Assembly: GCA_043812035.1 (NCBI GenBank)
Contig: JBDRMR010000001.1
Location: 58-64,057, forward strand
Origin: Candidatus Omnitrophota bacterium
GTDB lineage: Bacteria; Omnitrophota; Gorgyraeia; Gygaellales; JAHJCI01
Length of the DNA: 64,000 nt
Direction of reading: 5' to 3'
Part shown: positions 1 through 9,411 of the stretch, piece after piece
Numbering within the stretch: position 1 is the stretch's first letter
Layout of the letters: each line of letters starts with the position of its first letter
The notes under the pieces: generated by a model
Told to the model about the DNA's origin: nothing
Database searches by the model: none
The model's input: only the letters and a program-made list of their open reading frames with translations
Program-made: the position numbers and the translations under genes

Positions 1-83
1 AAGGAAACCAGGCTTGCCGCAATAATAACTCCGAGCGCAAAGAGAAACGTCGCCTTAATCTCGTTAAGCCATCTCTGCCGCAT
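1..83 (-). CDS. partial ORF, N-terminus only (gene continues beyond window start); hydrophobic N-terminus MRQRWLNEIKATFLFALGVIIAASLVS, possibly a membrane protein
   Basis: ATG (cat at 81-83 on plus) is in frame to the window edge. It is absent from the ORF track because it is truncated. Confidence 0.2.
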   Translation of the reverse strand, partial: MRQRWLNEIKATFLFALGVIIAASLVS

Positions 84-98
84 ACGATTTTGCCGCCG

Positions 99-2171
99 CT
101 ATTCTTGTTCGGCCTGCTTTTTGCTCAGATTAATCCGGCCCATCTGGTCAATCCCGATTACCTTAACCCTGACCTCGTCCCCGAGCTTAACTTCTTCTTC
201 CACTTCCTTAACAAAATGGTCGGCTAACTCGGAAATGTGAATTAGGCCCTCTTTGCCCGGGCCAATCTGGCAGAATGCGCCGAAGGGCATGATACGCTTT
301 ATCTTCCCGGCATAGACTCTGCCTATCTCGACGTCTTCGGTAATCTCTCTGACCATTGCCAGAGCGCTCTCCAGCGCCCCTCTATCGGCGGAACCGATTA
401 AGACTCTGCCGTCGTCCTGTATGTCTATGGTGGCTCCGGTAGCCTTGATAATCCTCTTGATGTTCTTTCCGCCGGGGCCTATCAAGTCGCCGATCTTGCT
501 GGTGTCAATCCTGAGAATCTCGATATGGGGAGCAAATTCGGCAATCTCCGAACGCGGCTTATCAATTGTATTGCGCATCTTTTCTAAAACCAAAAGCCTG
601 GCTTCCTTTGCCTGGTTAAGCGTTTGATTCAATAAATCGATATCTATGCCCTGAATCTTCAAATCCAATTGCACCGCCGTTATTCCGTTTTTGGTGCCGG
701 CTATTTTAAAATCCATACTTCCGAAATAGTCTTCTACGCCGGCAATGTCGGTAAGAATTATCGCTTGGTCGCCTTCTTTAACCAGGCCGAGGGCAATGCC
801 GCCTACCGCTTCTTTTACGGGCACCCCCGCGTCCATTAGGGACATTGAAGCCGCGCAAACCGTGGCCATGCTCGAAGAGCCGTTGGATTCAAGGATTTCG
901 GAAACGACCCTGACCGTATAAGGAAATTGCTCTTTTGAAGGCATCACGCAAGACAACGCCTTTTCCGCTAAGGCGCCGTGTCCGATTTCGCGCCTGCCCG
1001 GGCCGCGCACCGGCCTGGTTTCCCCCACGCTAAAAGGCGGAAAACTGTAATGCAGCATAAACGACTTGTATTTTTCTCCTTCCAGAGCTTCAATAAGCTG
1101 CTCATCCTCGCCGGTGCCCAGCGTAGTAACGCAAAGGCTCTGGGTCTGCCCGCGCGTGAATAAGCTTGAGCCGTGCGTGCGCGGAAGAGTTCCCACCTCG
1201 CAAGTAATCGGGCGTATGTCTTTCATCCCCCTGCCGTCCGGACGTTTTTTCTCTTTCAAAATGAGGTTGCGCACGTTTTGTTTCTGGACTTCTATCAAAG
1301 CAACCTTAATATCTCCGGAGGCGAATCCCGAGGTAGTGAGTTTTTCTTCTAATTCCTTGCAAAACGAATCGATCGCCTCTTCTCTTTCCTCTTTCTGGGA
1401 AAGAGCAAATATTTCCTTAAGCTTTTCTCCCGATAATTCCAAGACCCGCTTTTGCAAATCCGGGTCTATTTGTTCGTATTCTATCCGCTTCTTGGGTTTG
1501 GCGTTCCTTTGGATAAATTCTTCCTGCAGGGCAAAAATATCCATCAAATTTTTCCAGCCGAATTCCACTGCTGAGGCAAAGACTTCTTCGCTGACCTCGT
1601 TACATTTGGACTCGAGCATAATGATGCCGCTTTTGCTCGCCGCAACTACCAAATCCAATTTTGACTTTTCCAATTCCGTATAAGTGGGATTAAGTATGAA
1701 CTGGCTGTCCGCGTAACCTACGCGGCAGGCAACCATCGGGATATCGAAAGGAATGTCCGAAATACATAACGCCGTCGATGCGCCGGTTACCGCCAGGACG
1801 TCGGGATCGTTCTCTCCGTCGCTGGAAAGCACGATCGCCATTATCTGGACTTCATTAAGCATGCCGGAAGGAAACAGCGGCCTGATTGAACGGTCGATAA
1901 GCCGCGCGCTTAAGATTTCGCTTTCCGAAGGCCGGCCCTCGCGCTTGAAAAACCCTCCGGGGATACGTCCCGCAGCGTAAGTCTTTTCCTGATATTCCAC
2001 ATAAAGAGGGAAAAAACCCGCATCCTCTTTAGCCTCCGGAGACAAACAGGCGGTTACCAGGACCACTGTGCCGCCGTAGCTGACCACTACCGCGGCGCTG
2101 GCCTGCTTGGCCAGCTTTCCCGTCTCGATGACTAATTCTTCTTTGCCGAATTTTATTCTCTTAGTATCCAT
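99..2171 (-). CDS. pnp: polynucleotide phosphorylase (PNPase)
   Basis: 690 aa with full-length similarity to PNPase (two RNase PH domains, C-terminal KH and S1). Conserved rpsO-pnp adjacency. Confidence 0.95.
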   Translation of the reverse strand: MDTKRIKFGKEELVIETGKLAKQASAAVVVSYGGTVVLVTACLSPEAKEDAGFFPLYVEYQEKTYAAGRIPGGFFKREGRPSESEILSARLIDRSIRPLFPSGMLNEVQIMAIVLSSDGENDPDVLAVTGASTALCISDIPFDIPMVACRVGYADSQFILNPTYTELEKSKLDLVVAASKSGIIMLESKCNEVSEEVFASAVEFGWKNLMDIFALQEEFIQRNAKPKKRIEYEQIDPDLQKRVLELSGEKLKEIFALSQKEEREEAIDSFCKELEEKLTTSGFASGDIKVALIEVQKQNVRNLILKEKKRPDGRGMKDIRPITCEVGTLPRTHGSSLFTRGQTQSLCVTTLGTGEDEQLIEALEGEKYKSFMLHYSFPPFSVGETRPVRGPGRREIGHGALAEKALSCVMPSKEQFPYTVRVVSEILESNGSSSMATVCAASMSLMDAGVPVKEAVGGIALGLVKEGDQAIILTDIAGVEDYFGSMDFKIAGTKNGITAVQLDLKIQGIDIDLLNQTLNQAKEARLLVLEKMRNTIDKPRSEIAEFAPHIEILRIDTSKIGDLIGPGGKNIKRIIKATGATIDIQDDGRVLIGSADRGALESALAMVREITEDVEIGRVYAGKIKRIMPFGAFCQIGPGKEGLIHISELADHFVKEVEEEVKLGDEVRVKVIGIDQMGRINLSKKQAEQE

Positions 2172-2172
2172 T

Positions 2173-2442
2173 TTATTTCCTCAGATTTAGTTTATTAAGA
2201 ACATCTTCGTATTTTTTATCGTCTTTCTTTTTTAAATAATTAAGCAGGCTCCGGCGCTTGCCGACCATCATCAACAGTCCCCGCCGGGAATGCAAATCCT
2301 TTTTATGGAGGGCGAAATGGTCGCTTAAAATATTTATCCGTTTAGTCAATAAGGCAATTTGCACCTCTGTGGAGCCCGTATCTTTGGCGTGGGCTTTAAA
2401 TTCCTTAATAACTTCCTGTTTGTTTGTCTTGTCCAATGTCAT
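2173..2442 (-). CDS. rpsO: 30S ribosomal protein S15
   Basis: 89 aa, typical S15 sequence ([27 protein letters not shown]). Sits immediately upstream of pnp. SD GAGGAGG precedes the ATG. Confidence 0.95.
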   Translation of the reverse strand: MTLDKTNKQEVIKEFKAHAKDTGSTEVQIALLTKRINILSDHFALHKKDLHSRRGLLMMVGKRRSLLNYLKKKDDKKYEDVLNKLNLRK

Positions 2443-2475
2443 TTTGCCTCCTCAAATGAGCACATAACCTATGGA

Positions 2476-2600
2476 GGCGATAGCCGACATAAGTTATAAG
2501 TGTGAATTTGACCCTTGACATCTCCGATGTCAAGGGTAAGTTCGGCCATACAACTTATGTTCGCTATCGCTCCATAAGTTGTGGCCTCACTTATTATACT
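2476..2600 (-). promoter_or_regulatory. structured 5' leader element upstream of rpsO (copy 1 of a two-copy conserved element): two hairpins plus a loop segment complementary to the region just 5' of the rpsO SD
   Basis: Hairpin ccttgacat/atgtcaagg (2513-2536). Second stem ggccatacaacttatg/cataagttgtggcc. Near-identical copy at 9412-9533 with compensatory changes. Confidence 0.5.
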
Positions 2601-2621
2601 GCCTAATCGGGTATAAGTCAA
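2593..2621 (-). promoter_or_regulatory. sigma70-like promoter for the rpsO-pnp transcript (-35 TTGACT, 17-nt spacer, -10 TATAAT on minus strand)
   Basis: Plus strand has agtcaa at 2616-2621 and attata at 2593-2598, with exactly 17 nt between them. The predicted TSS falls at the start of the conserved leader element. Confidence 0.45.
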
Positions 2622-2677
2622 TCGTTAGCGCTATTATCGATTCTTTTGCGCGAGCACATGTGATTGAAAATCATTGA

Positions 2678-3295
2678 TTACGCAGACCTTGCATTCCTTA
2701 TGAATTTCCTGATCTTAGCAGGGTCTTTCCTGCCGGGAGCCCTCTCTAAAGAACTGGAGGCATCCACCCAGCGGGCGGGAAAGGTTTTCAACGCTTTCTT
2801 AACGTTCGCGGGGGTTAGACCTCCTGACAAAAATAAGTTTTTCTTGAAATTCTTTAAACGGCTTAAAACCCGCCAATCGAAAATTTTGCCGGTTCCGCCG
2901 AATTTTCCTTTTGAAAAAGTATCGAACATATAAGCCCAAACATCGTATTCGGATAATTCCGCGGTATCAATCCTGTCTCTTACCCGGAATGCCTTGATTA
3001 CTTTGAAATTTTTGAACCTATCGCAAAAGCGCCTTGACTCGTTTCCGTGAAACTGCAGCATATCTAATTTTAATCTGCCTGCGATTCTTTCTATCGTCGC
3101 CTCCTTTGAATTCACAAACACCCCTACCTTCTTTACGCAGACCGGCAACTGTTTAATTATTGCTTCCGCTCTTTCCGGCTTAATGTATCTGGGGCTCTTT
3201 TTATAGAATACGAAACCCAAAGCGTCCGCTCCCTGCCCGACCGCATATAAGGCGTCTTCCAAATTCGTTATCCCGCATATCTTAACTTTAACCAT
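2678..3295 (-). CDS. trpF: phosphoribosylanthranilate isomerase
   Basis: 205 aa. N-terminus MVKVKICGIT plus the TrpF TIM-barrel pattern. Follows trpC. Confidence 0.9.
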   Translation of the reverse strand: MVKVKICGITNLEDALYAVGQGADALGFVFYKKSPRYIKPERAEAIIKQLPVCVKKVGVFVNSKEATIERIAGRLKLDMLQFHGNESRRFCDRFKNFKVIKAFRVRDRIDTAELSEYDVWAYMFDTFSKGKFGGTGKIFDWRVLSRLKNFKKNLFLSGGLTPANVKKALKTFPARWVDASSSLERAPGRKDPAKIRKFIRNARSA

Positions 3296-3313
3296 AATAA
3301 ATTTCTACCCCGT

Positions 3314-3390
3314 GATAGCGTTTAGTATTTTCTATACGCTAAACGCTATACGCTCTACGCTAATAAATACACGCTCTACGCTATACGCTA
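3314..3390. repeat. heptamer-based palindromic intergenic element (family B, copy 1)
   Basis: gatagcgtttagta...tatacgctaaacgctatacgctctacgc...acgctctacgctatacgcta. Inverted arms are built of TAGCGTW and ACGCTMT 7-mers. Fills the trpC-trpF spacer. Confidence 0.7.
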
Positions 3391-3393
3391 ACT

Positions 3394-4176
3394 TTACCAA
3401 CCCATAATCTCTTTAATTTTCGCTTTGATGTCCGCAGACTCCACAATAGCCTCGCCGATCAAAACCGCGCTCACTCCCAAAACCTTCAGAAATAATATGT
3501 CCTGGTAAGACTTAATCCCGCTTTCCACCACCACGATTTTATCCCTGGGAATCAGAGGATAAAGTCTCTGCGTGGTTTCAAAGTCCACCGCCAGACTATG
3601 GAGGTTGCGGTTATTTATGCCGATAAGCCCAGCCTTTGCCTTCAAGGCCTTTTTAATATCCTTCTCGGTATTAACCTCTACCAGACAATCCAAATTCAGA
3701 CTATTGGCCAAACCCAGGAAACTGCTTAAGGTTTCCTGATTAAGCAGCTCGGCGATTAAAAGTACGGCGTCGCAGCCGAAAGCGCGCGCTTCGTAAATCT
3801 GATAGGGGTCTATGATGAAGTCTTTCCTTAAAACCGGCAGATTCGCCGTTTTCTTAATCTGCTGGGCGTAATTGATATCGCCTAAAAAATAATCCTCGCA
3901 GGTCACAACCGAAATCGCCTGCGCTCCGGATTCTTTGTATATTCTGGCTATCTCGCAGGGATTAAAATCCTGCCGTATAACGCCGCGGCTGGGAGAAGCT
4001 TTTTTAGCCTCGGCAATAAGAGAAATTGAGCCGGATTTATTTATGCTTTTAATAAACGAAAGCGCGGGATTCGAGGCCTCTATTTTTGCCAGTAAATTCT
4101 CCCGGGGAAATTCTTTTACCCTCTGGGCAAGTCTTTCTTTTTTCCTGACAACAATCTGTTTAAGCGCATCCTCCAT
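3394..4176 (-). CDS. trpC: indole-3-glycerol phosphate synthase
   Basis: 260 aa. IAEAKKASPSRGVI motif region typical of IGPS. Confidence 0.9.
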   Translation of the reverse strand: MEDALKQIVVRKKERLAQRVKEFPRENLLAKIEASNPALSFIKSINKSGSISLIAEAKKASPSRGVIRQDFNPCEIARIYKESGAQAISVVTCEDYFLGDINYAQQIKKTANLPVLRKDFIIDPYQIYEARAFGCDAVLLIAELLNQETLSSFLGLANSLNLDCLVEVNTEKDIKKALKAKAGLIGINNRNLHSLAVDFETTQRLYPLIPRDKIVVVESGIKSYQDILFLKVLGVSAVLIGEAIVESADIKAKIKEIMGW

Positions 4177-4198
4177 ATAAAAACCTCTCTCTGCCGAC

Positions 4199-5284
4199 CT
4201 ATGGTAAGTTGGAAAATCGGCGCAGTTCGTCCAGTTTCCTCATAGCGCTGCCGGAATCTATGCAATCGGAGGCAACTTTGATTCCTTCACCCAGATTCTT
4301 AGCCCTGTCTCCCAGATAAAGCCCGGCAGCGGCGTTGAGCAATACGATATTCAGCTTTGGCCCTCTATCTTTGCCGGATAAAATATCCGTTAAAATTCGG
4401 GCATTGTCCTGCGGCGTGCCTCCGGTTAAATCTCCGGGCTTAGCCGGTTCAATGCCGAGGCTCTGAGGATTTATTACATAATTCTTGATTTCTCCTCCCT
4501 CGGTCAATTCGTAAATCCTGGTATCTCCGATTGTAGAAATCTCATCCATGCCTAAATTACTCCCGGCATCCAATCCGTATACGACCATCGCCCTGCTCAG
4601 ATTCAGGACCTTTAACACCCTGACCAATCTATGCGTCAATCTTTCGCTGTTAACCCCCAATATCTGGACCGTCTTGATTCCGTTTTTATAGGCGGAAGAA
4701 AAAGCGGGGTTGACCAAAGGACCGAGGATGTTGAATACCGTCGGTGTTCGGATTTGCCGGCGAACTTTCTGGACGTTCTTAAACGCTCCGTGATAAAGCG
4801 GGGCGAAGAAAAAGGCGATATCTATTTCTGCCAGGCAGCGGCTGGCAATTTCTGCCTCCATTGCAATATTAACGCCGAGTTCTTCAAGCACATCCGCGCT
4901 GCCGCATTTAGAGGTTATGGCGCGGTTGCCGTGTTTGGCTACAGCCATACCCGAAGCCGATAGGATAAACATACTCGTTGTGGATACGTTAAACGTCTCT
5001 ATGGCTCCTCCGCCGGTGCCGCAGGTATCCGCCAAAACCTTATCCTTTTTTATGTCCTTTGTTTCGACTTTGCCGGCGATTTGCCTGATTGCGAAGGCAA
5101 AGCTGGCAATCTCCTCGGTTGTCGGACCCTTTGCCTGAAGCGCGACAAGAAATGCAGCTTTTTCAGAATCAGGCGCCTCTTTCGACATAATAACGCTCAT
5201 TGCCGAGGCTGCCTCCTCCATAGACAAATCAATCTTGCGGTTAAGCTTATCGATGTACGGATTTAAATCAGCCTTTTTTTCCAT
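4199..5284 (-). CDS. trpD: anthranilate phosphoribosyltransferase
   Basis: 361 aa. Glycine-rich CGTGGGAIETFNVST motif of TrpD. Confidence 0.9.
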   Translation of the reverse strand: MEKKADLNPYIDKLNRKIDLSMEEAASAMSVIMSKEAPDSEKAAFLVALQAKGPTTEEIASFAFAIRQIAGKVETKDIKKDKVLADTCGTGGGAIETFNVSTTSMFILSASGMAVAKHGNRAITSKCGSADVLEELGVNIAMEAEIASRCLAEIDIAFFFAPLYHGAFKNVQKVRRQIRTPTVFNILGPLVNPAFSSAYKNGIKTVQILGVNSERLTHRLVRVLKVLNLSRAMVVYGLDAGSNLGMDEISTIGDTRIYELTEGGEIKNYVINPQSLGIEPAKPGDLTGGTPQDNARILTDILSGKDRGPKLNIVLLNAAAGLYLGDRAKNLGEGIKVASDCIDSGSAMRKLDELRRFSNLP

Positions 5285-5843
5285 AGCCCAAGAAATTCCT
5301 TAAAATGTCTTTCCCCGTATTTGTCAGTATCGACTCCGGATGAAACTGCACTCCCCAGACCGGGTAATCCTTATATTTAAGTCCCATTATCTCATCGTCC
5401 TTAGTCCAGGCGACCACCTCCAATTCCGATGTTAAGTTGCGGCCGCTTACAATCAAAGAATGATACCGGGTAGCTTCAAAGGGGTTGGGAATGCCTTTAA
5501 ATATTCCTTTTTGGTTATGATAAATCATCGAGGTTTTCCCGTGCATTAGCCTGTGCGCCTGGACAATCTTTGCTCCGTATACAAACCCCAAACACTGGTG
5601 CCCCAGGCATACGCCCAGTATGGGAACCTTGCCGGCGAATTCCTTAATGACCTGACAGGATATTCCGGCGTCCTCAGGCCGGCCCGGCCCGGGGGAAACC
5701 ACGATTCTGTCGGGTTTCAACCTTTTTATCCCGGCAATATTAATTTTATCGTTGCGCAAGACCTTCAGATTCTGACCCAATTCCCCTAAATATTGCACAA
5801 GATTATAGGTAAACGAATCGTAATTATCGATAACCAATATCAC
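5268..5843 (-). CDS. trpG: anthranilate synthase component II / glutamine amidotransferase (TrpG or PabA type)
   Basis: 191 aa class I GATase (MILVIDNYDSFTYNLVQYL; catalytic GVCLGHQ). A 17-nt overlap with trpD suggests coupling. Confidence 0.85.
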   Translation of the reverse strand: MILVIDNYDSFTYNLVQYLGELGQNLKVLRNDKINIAGIKRLKPDRIVVSPGPGRPEDAGISCQVIKEFAGKVPILGVCLGHQCLGFVYGAKIVQAHRLMHGKTSMIYHNQKGIFKGIPNPFEATRYHSLIVSGRNLTSELEVVAWTKDDEIMGLKYKDYPVWGVQFHPESILTNTGKDILRNFLGYGKKG

Positions 5844-5868
5844 TTTCCGCTCCTTAGTAACGCAGTTC

Positions 5869-7131
5869 CTACTCCTTTTCCCTGCGTATTTCCGCTCCCA
5901 GGTTCCTCAATTTCTCATCCAGATTTTCGTATCCCCGCTCAAGATGATAGATGCGGGAAACCGAAGTCCGGCCTTGGGCAGCAAGCCCCGCCAGAACCAA
6001 ACAAGCCGAAGCCCGCAAATCCGAAGCCATTACATCGGCTCCGGACAACCGGTTCACTCCCTCAACAATAGCGTGCGGGCCCTGCCTTTGAATATGGCCT
6101 CCCATCCGGTTTAGTTCGGCTATATGCATAAACCTGTCCGGATAAACCTTCTCGGTAATTAGGCTCACTCCCGGCACAAGGCTTAACAAAGACATCATCT
6201 GCGCCTGCATATCGGTAGGGAACCCCGGGTAAGGCAGCGTGGTAACGCTGACCGGCTGCAACCGGCGGGGCGGATTTACCTTAACCGTTGCGTTGCCTTT
6301 TTGAACATCCGCTCCCATCTGCTCCAGCTTATCCAAAATTGCTCCCAGATGCTGCCAGATGACATTCTTGAGTTTGATTTCTCCTTTGGTAATTAACGCG
6401 GCGATAATAAGCGTGCCTGCCTCGACGCGGTCGGGGATAATTTTATATTCCGCTCCGTGCAGGTGCTTAACTCCCTGTATCTGGATAAGGGGCGTGCCAA
6501 TCCCTTTAACCTTGGCCCCCATTTTGTTAAGGAATTTAGCCAGGTCAACTATCTCCGGCTCACAGGCGGCGGACTCAATTTTTGTTGCGCCGGATGCCAA
6601 AACAGCCGCCATCATTACGTTGGCGGTAGCTAAAACCGAAGAGCCGAAAGAACCGCCCAAATACATATGGGCGCCCCGTAGTTTTTGCGCCTTAGCCTGC
6701 ACATAACCGCCGGCGATATCTATATGCGCACCTAAAGCCTTTAAGCCTTTAAGATGCAAGTCCACCGGCCTTAACCCGATAACGCAGCCTCCCGGTAAAG
6801 ATACCCTGGCTATTTTGTATTTAGATAAAAGCGGGCCGAGGACGCAAAAAGATGCGCGCATAGTGGACACGAGCTTATAGTCTGCCGTGGTATTAACGCG
6901 ACTGGTAGATTTTATTAAAACCTTTCCGTCTCTGAATTCCGCGCTCTTGCCCAAGGAACGCAATATCTTTATCATTGTAGCGGTGTCGCGCAGGTTCGGA
7001 ACCCCTTTGACACAGCAAGGCTCATCGGTTAATAAGGTAGCGGCCAATATCGGCAGAAGCGCATTTTTTGAACCGGAAACGGTTACTTCTCCCTTGAGTC
7101 TCCTGCCGCCTTCGATTACGAGCTTATCCAT
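5869..7131 (-). CDS. murA: UDP-N-acetylglucosamine 1-carboxyvinyltransferase
   Basis: 420 aa. N-terminus MDKLVIEGGRRLKGEVTVSGSKNA is typical of MurA. Confidence 0.95.
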   Translation of the reverse strand: MDKLVIEGGRRLKGEVTVSGSKNALLPILAATLLTDEPCCVKGVPNLRDTATMIKILRSLGKSAEFRDGKVLIKSTSRVNTTADYKLVSTMRASFCVLGPLLSKYKIARVSLPGGCVIGLRPVDLHLKGLKALGAHIDIAGGYVQAKAQKLRGAHMYLGGSFGSSVLATANVMMAAVLASGATKIESAACEPEIVDLAKFLNKMGAKVKGIGTPLIQIQGVKHLHGAEYKIIPDRVEAGTLIIAALITKGEIKLKNVIWQHLGAILDKLEQMGADVQKGNATVKVNPPRRLQPVSVTTLPYPGFPTDMQAQMMSLLSLVPGVSLITEKVYPDRFMHIAELNRMGGHIQRQGPHAIVEGVNRLSGADVMASDLRASACLVLAGLAAQGRTSVSRIYHLERGYENLDEKLRNLGAEIRREKE

Positions 7132-7136
7132 TTATT

Positions 7137-7172
7137 ATAGCGTTTAGCGTGTAGCGTATAGCGTTTAGTATT
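7137..7172. repeat. heptamer tandem array, half-element of family B (copy 2, one arm only)
   Basis: tatagcgtttagcgtgtagcgtatagcgtttagtat lies between the murA start and the prmC stop. No obvious complementary arm. Confidence 0.5.
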
Positions 7173-7174
7173 TC

Positions 7175-7963
7175 TTAGTAATTAATACTTGCTACAATAG
7201 CTCTGTCAATATTATTATAATCCTTAACTACCTCGATTACTTCGAATTCAGATGAATTCAATAGCATTCGTATTTGCGCGCATTGATTAAACCCCATCTC
7301 CATAATCAGCAACCCCTTTTTCTTTAAATAAGCCCATGAATCCCGGATAATGCGGCGGTAAAAATCCAATCCGTCGATACCTCCGTCGAGAGCCATGCGG
7401 GGCTCATGGCTTAATTCGAGCTGCAGCTTTTCAATCTGTGCAGATGGGATATAGGGCGGATTGGTTACAATTAGGTCATAGGTGTTAGGTTTTAGGTTAT
7501 GGGGAAATAAATCGCAGTGAATAAAGCTGATTCTCTGCTCGACTTTATTTAAATAAGCATTTGACTTTGCTATATCTAACGCCTTCTCTGAGATATCTGT
7601 GGCGGTAATCCCGGCTTTCGGCAGGAATCCGGCTAAAGAAATAGCGATACATCCCGAACCCGTGCCTATGTCTAATATCTGGCAATCGTCAACTGGCAAC
7701 CGGCGACTATAGCTTAACGCTTTTTCCGCCAGAATTTCCGTCTCCGGCCGCGGTATGAACACATCGGCATTCACTATGAATTCAAATCCCATAAACTCGG
7801 TCTTGCCTAATACGTACTGAAGCGGCTCGCCGTAAAATCTCCTCCTCAAAGCGCAGGCAAGAAACGACGCCTCCTCCCGTTTAAGTGTCCGTCTTCTATT
7901 AAGATGTAATTCCGCGCGGGAACAATTCAGAATTTGCGTAAATAATAATTCCGCTTCAGTCAT
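7175..7963 (-). CDS. prmC: release factor glutamine N5-methyltransferase PrmC (HemK)
   Basis: 262 aa. NPPY motif (VTNPPYIPS). Lies downstream of prfA. Confidence 0.9.
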   Translation of the reverse strand: MTEAELLFTQILNCSRAELHLNRRRTLKREEASFLACALRRRFYGEPLQYVLGKTEFMGFEFIVNADVFIPRPETEILAEKALSYSRRLPVDDCQILDIGTGSGCIAISLAGFLPKAGITATDISEKALDIAKSNAYLNKVEQRISFIHCDLFPHNLKPNTYDLIVTNPPYIPSAQIEKLQLELSHEPRMALDGGIDGLDFYRRIIRDSWAYLKKKGLLIMEMGFNQCAQIRMLLNSSEFEVIEVVKDYNNIDRAIVASINY

Positions 7964-8014
7964 TTTTAATTTAGCTAATTTAAAAACTACTCTTTGAAGT
8001 AAAAATGGGTTGAA

Positions 8015-9145
8015 TTATTGTTTTTCTAAGTTATTAACACTTCGACTTTGCTCAGTGTTAATGGTGAGCGTAGTCGAACCATTAAATTCCCTCGGGTCGC
8101 CGGGCATTTTTTTAATCAATTGCTCGGAAAAGTCGTCCAGATTGCCTTCCATAACAGACTCTAATTTATGCAGGGTTAAATTAATCCGGTGGTCTGTAAC
8201 GCGGTGGCCGGGAAAGTTGTAAGTCCGGATTTTCTCGCTGCGCTCGCCGGTGCCGACTTGCGACTTCCTGTCTTCGGAAATTTTTTTCTCTTCCTTCTGC
8301 CTGGTTATTTCCATCAATCTTGCTCTCAGGACTCTCAACGCCTTGCTTTTATTTTTAAGCTGAGAGCGTTCGTCCTGGCAAGTTACGACCAGCCCGGTAG
8401 GCAAATGGGTAATTCTCACGGCCGAGTCGGTAGTGTTGACGCTTTGTCCGCCGTGTCCGGAAGAGCGGAAGACGTCGATCCTTAAGTCTCCGGGATTAAT
8501 CTGCAACTCCGTGCTTTCCGGCTCTGCTAACACGGCTACCGTTGCGGTCGAAGTATGAATTCTGCCCTGCGTCTCGGTAGTCGGCACGCGCTGCACCCGG
8601 TGTACCCCGCTTTCCCATTTAAGGCGCGCAAAAGCCTGTTTGCCTCTTATGCTAAAGATAATTTCCTTGAACCCGCCCAGGTCCGTAGGGTGAGAGGCCA
8701 GCATTTCAGTTGCCCAGCCTTGTCTTTGAGCGTATTTGGTATACATCCTGTACAAGTCTGCGGCGAACAAACTGGCTTCCTGGCCGCCGGTTCCCGCCCT
8801 GATTTCTACGATAACGTCTTTGTCCTCCTCCCCGCTTTCCGGTTTAACCTTTTGGTTTATTTTATCCAGGCAGTCCCGGCTCTTTTCTCTTAAATCTTTT
8901 ATCTCGTTTTCCACCAAGAGGAGGAATTCTTTATCGTGTTTTTCCTTTAGGGTCTGCTCTAATTTGGCGATTTCAGCCTGGCATTGCTTAAACTTACGAT
9001 AGAGATGCACGGCGTCCGAAATCCTGGATATCTCCTTGGCATGCTGATTATACTGGTTTTTATCGGAGATTACCCCGGGCAGCACCAACAGCTTCTCCAG
9101 TTCCGCGTAACGCTTCTCTATTTTCTCCAATTCACTTAAATCCAT
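8015..9145 (-). CDS. prfA: peptide chain release factor 1
   Basis: 376 aa. GGQ motif ([24 protein letters not shown]). C-terminal extension of about 15 aa relative to typical RF1. Confidence 0.95.
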   Translation of the reverse strand: MDLSELEKIEKRYAELEKLLVLPGVISDKNQYNQHAKEISRISDAVHLYRKFKQCQAEIAKLEQTLKEKHDKEFLLLVENEIKDLREKSRDCLDKINQKVKPESGEEDKDVIVEIRAGTGGQEASLFAADLYRMYTKYAQRQGWATEMLASHPTDLGGFKEIIFSIRGKQAFARLKWESGVHRVQRVPTTETQGRIHTSTATVAVLAEPESTELQINPGDLRIDVFRSSGHGGQSVNTTDSAVRITHLPTGLVVTCQDERSQLKNKSKALRVLRARLMEITRQKEEKKISEDRKSQVGTGERSEKIRTYNFPGHRVTDHRINLTLHKLESVMEGNLDDFSEQLIKKMPGDPREFNGSTTLTINTEQSRSVNNLEKQ

Positions 9146-9165
9146 CTTAAATTTTTATTTTCTTG

Positions 9166-9381
9166 CTACTCGCTGCTTTCGGCAGATTTGCCGTATTTTC
9201 TCATGAATTTTTCCACCCTGCCTGCCGAGTCGACAAATTTCTGTTTGCCGGTAAAGAAAGGGTGACAACTGGAGCATATCTCGACTCGAATACTCGGTTT
9301 TGTGGAGCGGGTGTGTATGGTATTTCCGCACGCGCATACAACCGTGCACTCCTGATATTTGGGATGAATCTTGTCTTTCAT
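9166..9381 (-). CDS. rpmE: 50S ribosomal protein L31 (zinc-ribbon type)
   Basis: 71 aa. CxxC...CxxC ribbon (CACGNTIH...[10 protein letters not shown]). SD AGGAGG is 8 nt upstream. Confidence 0.9.
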   Translation of the reverse strand: MKDKIHPKYQECTVVCACGNTIHTRSTKPSIRVEICSSCHPFFTGKQKFVDSAGRVEKFMRKYGKSAESSE

Positions 9382-9411
9382 TATTTATTCCTCCTTTAAT
9401 GAGCAGATAAT

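Noticed and set aside
1066-1683. Plus-strand ORFs of 60-290 aa throughout the track (e.g. 1066-1683, 12404-13120, 26864-27736, 24895-25470)
   Set aside because: Each lies entirely inside a well-supported minus-strand gene (pnp, glgA/polA, fhs, folD). Their low-complexity Ser/Leu/Pro-rich translations are typical of antisense frames, and they have no SD or recognisable domains.
2476-2600. tRNA or tmRNA in the structured intergenic elements (also 9412-9533)
   Set aside because: No cloverleaf can be drawn: no T-arm GTTCRANYC motif and no acceptor stem/CCA arrangement. The structure is two consecutive hairpins.
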